In this document: piece by piece, positions 20,642 through 29,939 of the stretch
How positions within the stretch are numbered: position 1 is the stretch's first letter
Layout of the letters: each line of letters starts with the position of its first letter
Assembly: GCA_001780275.1 (NCBI GenBank)
Contig: MFGB01000017.1
Location: 59,841-123,840 of the forward strand
DNA from: Candidatus Falkowbacteria bacterium RIFOXYA2_FULL_47_19
GTDB taxonomy: Bacteria > Patescibacteriota > Patescibacteriia > Patescibacteriales > UBA12075
DNA: 64,000 bases
Direction of reading: 5' to 3'
Program-made: the position numbers and the translations under genes
The notes under the pieces: model-generated
The model's input: only the letters and a program-made list of their open reading frames with translations
Told to the model about the DNA's origin: nothing
The model's database searches: none

Positions 20642-21253
20642 ATGAAGAGCAACAGAATAGCGACGGTATTATTTCTTATGGGCCTGATTATTGCGATCGG
20701 CTTAGGCTGTGCCGGTCCGGGCGGCCATAACAAATGGCTTCATAATTCCGACTTTAACAGCCTTCGGGACGCCGCGGATCTGGGACTCAAGTCTTTGGAC
20801 GACATTAAGGCCAGGGTCAATACCGTCATTAAGGAAAAAGCTTCACCGGTGCGGTTAAAAGAACTGTTCGGCGTCAATAATCTTGAACGCTGGAGCGAAA
20901 CCGATACCCAAAAGTATTTTTTCCACAACGACAGCATAACCATCGGCCAGGTGCCAAAAGGCATTCAGGATTGTATCCGCGACAATAAAAGCTATTATGC
21001 TTACGTTTTGCCCGTAACGGCTTATACCGAGAAAGAGATTGGGAATTTTTTAAAGAACAAACTGAACTTCGAAGTAATTAAGATCAAGGACGGTTATACC
21101 TACTGGGCGATATTCGTTTACGACGAAAATGACCGTTTTGCCTATCACGAATGGAAAGAAGTGCCTATTTACAGCAAGAAAACCGATCGCGACCGCCTGG
21201 GTCCGCTCGGCAACATGAATAGCTTGATTGAAAAGCCGAAAATAGGTTTTTAA
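20642..21253 (+). CDS. Hypothetical lipoprotein
   Basis: Signal peptide with GLGC lipobox; own promoter (TTGACG 20532..TATAAT) and terminator. Confidence 0.7.
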   Translation: MKSNRIATVLFLMGLIIAIGLGCAGPGGHNKWLHNSDFNSLRDAADLGLKSLDDIKARVNTVIKEKASPVRLKELFGVNNLERWSETDTQKYFFHNDSITIGQVPKGIQDCIRDNKSYYAYVLPVTAYTEKEIGNFLKNKLNFEVIKIKDGYTYWAIFVYDENDRFAYHEWKEVPIYSKKTDRDRLGPLGNMNSLIEKPKIGF

Positions 21254-21344
21254 AAACAAAAAATACCCGCCTTTTCGCCTACAGGGGCGGGTTTATTTTA
21301 ATTTAAAAATAGAAAAAAGCACCGGTTTTTACGGTGCTTTAAGT

Positions 21345-21518
21345 TCAAATGCCGTCGTAATCGCGTCCGTCGGGACCGTCATCGGGAGACGGGTCACTTG
21401 GGCCGTCAGGTCCCGTATATCCGCCGCCATCCGGACCGTCGTCATAATGTCCGCGTCGGCCTCCTCCGGGGCAAACGTCGTCAAAACTGGAGTGTTGATC
21501 GGGCATTTTCCTGGGCAT
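21345..21518 (-). CDS. 57-aa Asp/Gly/Pro-rich peptide with three GPDG repeats
   Basis: AAGGAGGG SD; MPRKMPDQHSSFDDVCPGGGRRGHYDDGPDGGGYTGPDGPSDPSPDDGPDGRDYDGI; terminator hairpin 21317-21340. Confidence 0.6.
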   Translation of the reverse strand: MPRKMPDQHSSFDDVCPGGGRRGHYDDGPDGGGYTGPDGPSDPSPDDGPDGRDYDGI

Positions 21519-21672
21519 TTTTTATTTCCCTCCTTGTGAAAGATCAGAATGTAAGTAATTTAGCGTTATAATATCATTTATTATTATTTTTGTCAAGATT
21601 GCATTTTATTTTGTTTTGTTTTAAAATAAAATAACGATTATATTTTTGGCTGTACGTTCGGTGTATTCGTGG

Positions 21673-21713
21673 TAAAATGTAGGAACGGAACAATGTTCCG
21701 TTCCTACATTTTA
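21673..21713. repeat. GTAG-type REP-like palindrome upstream of secD
   Basis: TAAAATGTAGGAACGGAACA-A-TGTTCCGTTCCTACATTTTA. Confidence 0.75.
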
Positions 21714-21733
21714 TTATTTTAATTTCCATCAAT

Positions 21734-23812
21734 ATGGCAGACAATATCCTTAAAAAAATCGCTTATCCGAGCGCCCGCGGCCGGATTTGGCGTAATTTTT
21801 TCCTGATCATTATTTTGATCGCGGCTGGCGGACTTATTGACGGCGGCCGTTACTATAACCGGGGAGCGGACTGGCTATCGGATAAAACCGGAGAAACGAT
21901 CAATCTGCCCCGGACCAAGGACGTTCCTTTCCGTCTGGGACTCGATCTTTTGGGTGGAACGCAGCTCGTTTATGAGGCCAATATGTCGGATGTGCCCGAA
22001 GCCGATCGGACGAGCGCCCTGGACGGAGTCCGGGACGTGATCGAGCGCCGGGTAAATGTTTTCGGGGTAAGCGAGCCGTTAGTGCAGACCAGCGTATCGG
22101 GGGATAAGTACCGGATCATCGTGGAATTAGCCGGCATTAAAGATATCGCCGAAGCTATCGATATGATCGGCGAGACGCCGCTTCTGGAATTCAAGGAAGA
22201 GGCCGGCGGCGAGCGGCAATTGACCGCGGAGGAGGAGTCCGCCTTGAATGATTTCAACCGCCAGGCCGAAGAAAAAGCGGAAGAAGTATTGGGGAAATTG
22301 ACCGCTGGCGGAGATTTTGAAGCCTTGGCGAAAGAATACAGCCAGGACGAAGCCACCAAGGACGGCGGCGGAGACCTAGGCTGGATAACGGCGGGGGGAA
22401 ACCCGGCCATAGTGGAAGCGGTCAAGGATTATAAGGCCGGAGAGGTGAGCCCGGAGTTAGTGAAAACCGGAACCGGTTATGCTATTTATAAACTTGAAGA
22501 AAAGCGGAACAAGACCAATCCCTTCAATGAAGATGAAACAGAGAAAGAAATAAAAGCGTCCCACATTTTGATCTGCCATAAAGAGGTCGAATCCTGCGCG
22601 AGCGGTTTAAGCAAAGAAGAGGCTTACGCGCGCATCAAGGATATCGAAAATGATCTTACTCCCAAGAATTTCGCGAGTGTGGCCAAAGAATATTCGGACG
22701 ACTCCGGTACTAAGGACCGGGGCGGTGATCTTGGCTGGTTCAGCCGGGGGGATATGGTCAAGCCTTTCGAGGATACCGTCCTGGAGCAGAAAACCGGGAC
22801 CATATCCTGGATCGTGGAAACCGAATTCGGTTATCACCTGATATACAAAGAAGCGGAAAGGACGGTCGAGGAATATCATGTTCGGCGCATAACGATAAAT
22901 ACCATGACCGCGGCCGATGTCGCCGGCGGCGAACCGGAATGGAAGAATACGGAATTGACCGGCAAGCATCTCGAGCGTTCACGGGTGCAATTCAATCCTA
23001 ACGATAATACGCCGGAAGTGGGGCTTGAGTTCGACGGCGAGGGAGCCGAGCTGTTCGCGGAGATCACGGGACGGAACATCGGAAAACCGGTGGCTATTTA
23101 CCTGGACGGTTATCCGATAAGCATACCGACCGTTAACGATAAAATTACGGGGGGCCAGGCGGTAATAAGCGGCCGTTTCAGTATCAAAGAGGCGAAGCTT
23201 CTGGCCGAGCGCCTGAACGCCGGCGCGCTGCCGGTACCGATCGATCTAATAAACCAGCAAACCGTCGGCGCCAGCCTGGGCCAGGCGTCACTCGCGGCCA
23301 GCCTTAAAGCGGGAATGATCGGCCTGGGTTTAGTCGCCCTGTTCATGATCATTTTTTACCGTTTGCCCGGATTATTATCGGTCTTTGCGCTTATTTTTTA
23401 CGGTGTTTTGATTTTGGCGGTTTTCAAGATCTGGCCGGTTACCCTGTCCTTGGCCGGTTTAGCCGGTTTTATCCTGTCCATCGGCATGGCGGTAGACGCC
23501 AACGTATTGATATTTTCGCGTTTAAAAGAAGAATTACGGGCGGGTAAACCGCTTTCCCTGGCTATCGGAGACGCTTTTAACCGCGCCTGGCCGTCTATTC
23601 GCGACGGAAACGTTTCCACTATCCTGACCTGCCTTATCCTGGTGTGGTTTTCCACAAGCATCATAAAAGGTTTCGCCATCACTCTTCTTATCGGTGTTTC
23701 AGTGTCCATGTTCTCGGCGATCATAGTCACGAAGAACTTGCTGCAGCTGGTAGCGGGAGCTTGGCTTGAAAAAAGGCCGGGTTTGATCACCGCGGGACTA
23801 AAAACAAGATAA
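21734..23812 (+). CDS. secD: Protein translocase subunit SecD with two inserted parvulin PPIase domains
   Basis: RLGLDLLGG, RRVNVFGVSEP, IGMAVDANVLI; inserted ASHILI..GGDLGWF..MVKPFE..ETEFGYHLI. Confidence 0.93.
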   Translation: MADNILKKIAYPSARGRIWRNFFLIIILIAAGGLIDGGRYYNRGADWLSDKTGETINLPRTKDVPFRLGLDLLGGTQLVYEANMSDVPEADRTSALDGVRDVIERRVNVFGVSEPLVQTSVSGDKYRIIVELAGIKDIAEAIDMIGETPLLEFKEEAGGERQLTAEEESALNDFNRQAEEKAEEVLGKLTAGGDFEALAKEYSQDEATKDGGGDLGWITAGGNPAIVEAVKDYKAGEVSPELVKTGTGYAIYKLEEKRNKTNPFNEDETEKEIKASHILICHKEVESCASGLSKEEAYARIKDIENDLTPKNFASVAKEYSDDSGTKDRGGDLGWFSRGDMVKPFEDTVLEQKTGTISWIVETEFGYHLIYKEAERTVEEYHVRRITINTMTAADVAGGEPEWKNTELTGKHLERSRVQFNPNDNTPEVGLEFDGEGAELFAEITGRNIGKPVAIYLDGYPISIPTVNDKITGGQAVISGRFSIKEAKLLAERLNAGALPVPIDLINQQTVGASLGQASLAASLKAGMIGLGLVALFMIIFYRLPGLLSVFALIFYGVLILAVFKIWPVTLSLAGLAGFILSIGMAVDANVLIFSRLKEELRAGKPLSLAIGDAFNRAWPSIRDGNVSTILTCLILVWFSTSIIKGFAITLLIGVSVSMFSAIIVTKNLLQLVAGAWLEKRPGLITAGLKTR

Positions 23813-23823
23813 TTTAGAAAAAA

Positions 23824-24609
23824 ATGTTCACGACCAAAGAGCAGAAGATCATTGCCGCGGTCAGAAGCGGAGGTGAAACTCTCAAAATAAATTTCGGGAA
23901 AAATTTACGAACTTACCGCAAGACGATCGCTTCGGATTTTTTTACCGAGGCGGACATAAAGACGGAAACCAGGATAATCAGCCTCATAAAAAAAGTTTAT
24001 CCGGGAATAAACATATTGGCCGAAGAATCAGGGGTGGAAAATAACGGCTCTGACTACACACTCGTCATCGACCCCCTTGACGGGACCAATAATTTCGCTT
24101 TGAATATTCCTTATTTTTCGGTCGCGGTCGCCCTGATGGAAGGAGAAAAAACCGTTTTCGCGTGCGTTTATAATCCGATTTTGAACGATCTTTATTGCGC
24201 TAAACTGGGCAAGGGGGCCTATAAGAACGGCCGTCGGATGAAAGTAAGCCGTAAAACCAGCTTAAGCCAGGCTACGATCGCTTATGTGACCGGCTACAGC
24301 AATATCAAGGATCTAAGATTATCCATGACAAAAAAGCTTTACCATAAATTCGCCGAAAGGATACTTGATAATTGGTGCCCGACCCTCGACTATTGCTTAT
24401 TAGCTGAAGGCAAGATCGAATGCGTGATCACGGATGACGACGACCTGCATGAATCGATCATCGGTAAGCTCTTTATTACCGAAAGCGGCGGAATCGTTAC
24501 GGATTACCGGGGGGAGAAAAGCCGCGGCTATAAAGAATATAGATTTATTTCCGCTAACGGCAAAAAAATATTAAACGAAGTTTTGCGCATCGTTAATCAT
24601 AAAAAGTAG
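23824..24609 (+). CDS. Inositol monophosphatase family protein (SuhB-like)
   Basis: TEAD, LAEESG, IDPLDGTNNF. Confidence 0.88.
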   Translation: MFTTKEQKIIAAVRSGGETLKINFGKNLRTYRKTIASDFFTEADIKTETRIISLIKKVYPGINILAEESGVENNGSDYTLVIDPLDGTNNFALNIPYFSVAVALMEGEKTVFACVYNPILNDLYCAKLGKGAYKNGRRMKVSRKTSLSQATIAYVTGYSNIKDLRLSMTKKLYHKFAERILDNWCPTLDYCLLAEGKIECVITDDDDLHESIIGKLFITESGGIVTDYRGEKSRGYKEYRFISANGKKILNEVLRIVNHKK

Positions 24610-24635
24610 AGGCGGCGCCTCTGCTGATAAAAAAT

Positions 24636-25634
24636 ATGTATCAAATAATCCAAAAAAGGAATATTTACCTTTTCTTATCGGGAGCGCTGGTGGCCGCGTC
24701 CATGATCGCTCTGCTTCTCTGGGGATTCAATTACGGGATCGATTTTACCGGCGGCACCCTTCTTGAGGTTCGGTTTAAGGACGGCCGGCCGGCGGTAAAC
24801 GACGTCCGACAGGCGATCGAAGGCCTGGAGCCGGGCAATCTTATACTCCAGCCCATCGGAGAATCGAGTCTGATCCTAAGATTCCAGGACACCAGTGAAG
24901 ACAAACACCAGGCGGTTTTGGAAAAATTGCGGGAATTAACCGGCAGCGGGAAAGAGGAAGGTACGGAAAAAGCCGGTGAAGAGGGCGTGGACGTGTCCGT
25001 CGGTGAAGACGGGACCGTCTTAACAACTCCGGCAGAATCCGCTCCGGAAGCATTCGAAGAATTGCGTTATGACGCGATTGGGCCGGCCATCGGACGGGAA
25101 CTTAAAAATAAATCCATTACAGCCATAATAATTGTTCTGATCATGATAGTTCTCTATATCGCCTGGGCTTTTCGCAAGGTTTCCAGGCCGGTCGCTTCCT
25201 GGAAATACGGTTTAGCCGCCACTTTCGCTTTGTTCCATGATGTTATCATTACCATGGGCGTATTCGCGGTTTTAGGCAGATTTTACGGGGTGGAAATAAA
25301 CACCCCATTCGTAGCCGCGATCCTGACCGTACTTGGGTATTCGATCAACGACACGATCGTGGTTTTTGACCGCATTCGGGAGAATTTACCGAAAAGCGAA
25401 GAAGATTTCGAGAACACGGTTAACGTCAGCGTCAATCAGACGATTACGCGTTCCATCAGCACGTCTTTAACCACCCTTCTGGCTTTGTCGTCTATTTTAA
25501 TATTCGGCGGAGCTTCTATCAGGGATTTCGTTCTGGCTCTGTGTATCGGTATATTTATCGGCACTTACAGTTCTATTTTCGTAGCCAGCCCGATCCTCGT
25601 AATCTGGGAGAAGATGACGGCTCGTAACGCGTGA
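24636..25634 (+). CDS. secF: Protein translocase subunit SecF
   Basis: GIDFTGG; GYSINDTIVVFDRIREN. Confidence 0.97.
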   Translation: MYQIIQKRNIYLFLSGALVAASMIALLLWGFNYGIDFTGGTLLEVRFKDGRPAVNDVRQAIEGLEPGNLILQPIGESSLILRFQDTSEDKHQAVLEKLRELTGSGKEEGTEKAGEEGVDVSVGEDGTVLTTPAESAPEAFEELRYDAIGPAIGRELKNKSITAIIIVLIMIVLYIAWAFRKVSRPVASWKYGLAATFALFHDVIITMGVFAVLGRFYGVEINTPFVAAILTVLGYSINDTIVVFDRIRENLPKSEEDFENTVNVSVNQTITRSISTSLTTLLALSSILIFGGASIRDFVLALCIGIFIGTYSSIFVASPILVIWEKMTARNA

Positions 25635-25718
25635 TGGGCGGCGGATTATCAGTACGAATTTACATAAAAAATCGGGATGACGTTCTTTCCCGATTTTTTT
25701 ATGCGTTTGACAAATCTC

Positions 25719-25746
25719 TTGACAGAAAAACAGGAAATGATAGAAT
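25719..25746 (+). promoter_or_regulatory. Sigma70-type promoter
   Basis: TTGACA-16nt-TAGAAT with TGn extension. Confidence 0.6.
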
Positions 25747-25752
25747 ATTGAT

Positions 25753-25851
25753 AACGGATCAGGGGAATAACGCGAGGCGCAAAAATTCTGACAGTTTAGC
25801 TAATGCTACTGCCACAAGCGAACCCGGAGTTCACCCCCTGATCCGTTTTTT
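25753..25851 (+). ncRNA. Candidate ~100 nt structured RNA (possibly 6S-like)
   Basis: Own promoter; 13-bp closing stem AACGGATCAGGGG/CCCCTGATCCGTT followed by a T tract; internal bubble and apical hairpin. Confidence 0.5.
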
Positions 25852-25962
25852 CTTTGGGAAAAATTATTTTGACAAACCCATGTCGTATGGGGTATTATAT
25901 AATGGTAAAATGTGAATAATATACCTGGAACTGTACAAATTTTTTATACATATATTACGAAT

Positions 25963-27384
25963 ATGAAAAATAATAAGATTACCCCGCAAAAAGAAGATTT
26001 TCCCCGATGGTACCAGGATGTGGTCAAGGAGGCGGAATTGGCGGAAAATTCCGAAGTCAGGGGTTGCGGCATAGTGCGTCCGTACGGATATAAGATCTGG
26101 GAGCTTATAAAGGAAGAGCTTAACAGGATGATAACGTCTACCGGGGTGGAAAACGTTTATTTTCCTATTTTCGTGCCCATGGAGAACCTGGAAGCGGAGA
26201 AAGACCATATCGAGGGATTCGCGCCGGAATTGGCGGTCGTTACGCATGGCGGAGGCCAGGAATTGGTCAATAAACTGGTCGTGCGCCCGACCTCGGAAAC
26301 CGCCATGTACAAGACCTATGCCCGCTGGATCCAAAGCTATAAAGATCTGCCCCTGAGGCTGAACCAATGGAATAATGTCGTTCGCTGGGAAAAACGGCCG
26401 CGGGCTTTTTTGCGCTGGAGCGAATTTCTGTGGCAGGAGGGACATACGGTTTTTGCCGACCGCGAGGGAGCGATCGCCGAGATGTGGCAGATGCTGGATA
26501 TTTACGAGAAGATGTATGAATATATGGCTCTGCCGGTTTTTAAGGGTCGGAAATCGGAAGTGGAAAAATTCGCCGGCGCCGAGATCACTTCGACCGTCGA
26601 AGTTATGGTAAGGGACGGAAAGGCGATACAAGGCGGTACCAGCCATTATCTGGGAACAAATTTTTCCGAAGTATTCGACGTTAAGTATCTAGGCGAAGAC
26701 GGAGAGAAGCATTTCGGCCATCAAAACAGCTGGGGTTTTTCCTGGCGATCGATCGGCGCCGTTATCATGGGGCACGGTGACGATAACGGCTTGAGATTGC
26801 CGCCCAATATCGCCCCTATCCAGGTAGTGACCGTGCCTATTTATAAGGATGAAAACAAGGCGGAGGTAATAACATATGCCGAAAAGATATTTTCCGATAT
26901 TAAGGGCTGGCGCAAGAAGATCGATCTAAGGAATAACCTGACCCCTGGATTCAAATATAATCACTGGGAAGCGCGCGGCGTACCGGTCAGGCTGGAGATC
27001 GGGCCTAAAGAAGCGGCTGACGGAACAGTAACCGTCTTCAGGCGGGATATTAATACCAAGGAGACGGTCGGAGAAAAGGATCTATCGGCCCGTTTGGAAA
27101 AATTAATGGCGGAAATCCACGATAATCTTTATAAACAGGCCAAAGAGTTCGCCCTGGCGCACATTCACCGGATAGAAAGCGTTGATGAGATAAAGGATCA
27201 GGTGGGATTTTTTGAGGCCAGTTGGTCGGAAGATCCCGCTTCGGAAAGATCGCTGAAAGAAAGATTTTCCATGGTTTCACGCGTTTTGCCGGCGGATAAT
27301 CAGGATAAAGAGCCGAAAAACAAGAAGTGTTTCATTACCGGCAAAGAAGCTAAACATGATTGGCTTTTCGCCAAAAGTTATTAA
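25963..27384 (+). CDS. proS: Proline--tRNA ligase (archaeal/eukaryotic type)
   Basis: RPTSETAMY, WIQSYKDLPL, FLRWSEFLWQEGHT, C-terminal FAKSY. Confidence 0.96.
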   Translation: MKNNKITPQKEDFPRWYQDVVKEAELAENSEVRGCGIVRPYGYKIWELIKEELNRMITSTGVENVYFPIFVPMENLEAEKDHIEGFAPELAVVTHGGGQELVNKLVVRPTSETAMYKTYARWIQSYKDLPLRLNQWNNVVRWEKRPRAFLRWSEFLWQEGHTVFADREGAIAEMWQMLDIYEKMYEYMALPVFKGRKSEVEKFAGAEITSTVEVMVRDGKAIQGGTSHYLGTNFSEVFDVKYLGEDGEKHFGHQNSWGFSWRSIGAVIMGHGDDNGLRLPPNIAPIQVVTVPIYKDENKAEVITYAEKIFSDIKGWRKKIDLRNNLTPGFKYNHWEARGVPVRLEIGPKEAADGTVTVFRRDINTKETVGEKDLSARLEKLMAEIHDNLYKQAKEFALAHIHRIESVDEIKDQVGFFEASWSEDPASERSLKERFSMVSRVLPADNQDKEPKNKKCFITGKEAKHDWLFAKSY

Positions 27385-27387
27385 AGC

Positions 27388-28431
<1,044 letters not shown>

Positions 28432-28505
28432 CAAGGGAGCGGACCGCGGCCGCGGTTTGGATTTTTTGTTTTTTGTTTAGTTTTTATCATTGTTTTTATC
28501 AGATT

Positions 28506-29315
28506 ATGTTGCGTATAGATAAAAAAAGAATCATTAAATACGGGGCAGTGATCGGACTGCTTGTTTTTTTGTACACCATCGGTCTTTTCGGGCCAATTGA
28601 GGGATTCGTTGCCGGAAGCCTTGATCCCTTAACGGAAAAACTCTATTCATTGAGCCATGGTTTGCGTACGGCTTACAATAAACAGGCCAATAAGCAGAAT
28701 CTGGCGGCTGAGATCGTCCTTTTGCGCGAGCGGATGAACGAATTAACGGTAGAGAATACCCGTATTAAGATCATCGAAGAAGAGAATAAGAGTCTGCGGG
28801 AACATCTGGGTTTTCTGACCCAGAATGAATATAAATACGTCATGGCGAATGTTATATCCCGCGGCGATATTGCCGACATGAGCGGCCGGACGGAAACGAT
28901 AATTATCGACAAGGGCCTCAAAGACGGTATCTATTCCGGCCTGGGAGTAGTATCCAGCGAAGGCATAATAGTGGGGCGCATAGTTGACGCCAAGGATAAT
29001 ATTTCCCAGGTCTATCTGACCAATAACGGCAAATGCAAATTGGCCGCTGCCGTGCTTTCTTCCGGCAAGACCAGTGGAGTGGTCGAGGGTAAATTAGGCC
29101 TGACCATTAAAATGAATTTTATACCCCAAAACGAAGAAATAAAAATGGAAGATATTGTCATTACTTCCGGGCTGGAGGAAATGATCCCTCGCGGCCTGGT
29201 TATCGGCCGGGTACTGGAAGTCATCAAGGAAAGCAACGAGGTTTGGCAAACCGCGGTCATCGAGCCCATGGCCGACCCGGAGGATCTGATCATCGTATCG
29301 GTGCTTTTGCCGTAA
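28506..29315 (+). CDS. mreC: Rod shape protein MreC
   Basis: TM plus coiled coil, IIDKG..DGI, TSGL..PRGLVIG; operon position. Confidence 0.92.
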   Translation: MLRIDKKRIIKYGAVIGLLVFLYTIGLFGPIEGFVAGSLDPLTEKLYSLSHGLRTAYNKQANKQNLAAEIVLLRERMNELTVENTRIKIIEEENKSLREHLGFLTQNEYKYVMANVISRGDIADMSGRTETIIIDKGLKDGIYSGLGVVSSEGIIVGRIVDAKDNISQVYLTNNGKCKLAAAVLSSGKTSGVVEGKLGLTIKMNFIPQNEEIKMEDIVITSGLEEMIPRGLVIGRVLEVIKESNEVWQTAVIEPMADPEDLIIVSVLLP

Positions 29316-29370
29316 ATCAGGCTTTAGATTTTTTAATTTTTAAGCGTTTAACCGCTTAACACGTTAATAT

Positions 29371-29901
29371 ATGTACGGCAAAATAACATTAAACGCCATT
29401 TTGATAATCCTGTTGTCCGTTTCACAGATATCGTTCGTGAGCGGATTGCCGGGATGGTTCGCCGATATCAACCTACCTATCATGGTTCTCGTTTTTATGT
29501 TAGCGCTTTCCGGTTTTCGTCTGGCACTTTTCTGGTCATTCGGAATGGGTCTTCTTTTGGATATATATTCTTTCCTCCCTTTCGGGATTTACATGGCCGT
29601 TTTTCCTTCCATAGCGATACTCATTAATTTCTTTTTGATCCATTTTTTTACCAATCGTTCTTTGTATTCTTTTCTGGCGTTGGCGGCTCTGGCGCTTTTA
29701 CTTCACGAAATTCTCGTTTACTCTTTAAGTTACGCCGTTTATTTCGTTAATCGACAGGATTTGAACGTATATTTTGACGGAAAGTTCTGGTCGGATCAGG
29801 CGGGGGTATTTATAATGAATTTAGGCGCCGTTTTCATACTTTTTTATCTTTTTACTTTAGCCGGAAAAAATCTGAAGCCCGTATTTTTAATCAGACGGTA
29901 G
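29371..29901 (+). CDS. mreD: Rod shape protein MreD
   Basis: Polytopic membrane protein, GLLLDIYS.LPFG; operon position. Confidence 0.8.
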   Translation: MYGKITLNAILIILLSVSQISFVSGLPGWFADINLPIMVLVFMLALSGFRLALFWSFGMGLLLDIYSFLPFGIYMAVFPSIAILINFFLIHFFTNRSLYSFLALAALALLLHEILVYSLSYAVYFVNRQDLNVYFDGKFWSDQAGVFIMNLGAVFILFYLFTLAGKNLKPVFLIRR

Positions 29902-29939
29902 CCGGGTTTCAGGTTTAAAGACAACGCTTTAAAAAAAAC

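Noticed and set aside
25631..25915. 94-aa ORF between secF and proS
   Set aside because: It runs across a terminator-like hairpin, two promoters and the structured RNA candidate; no protein-like features.
25753..25960. T-box riboswitch, SRP RNA or tmRNA upstream of proS
   Set aside because: No T-box GGTGGNACCGCG, no SRP GGAA-loop motif and no tmRNA ends; proS appears to have its own promoter.
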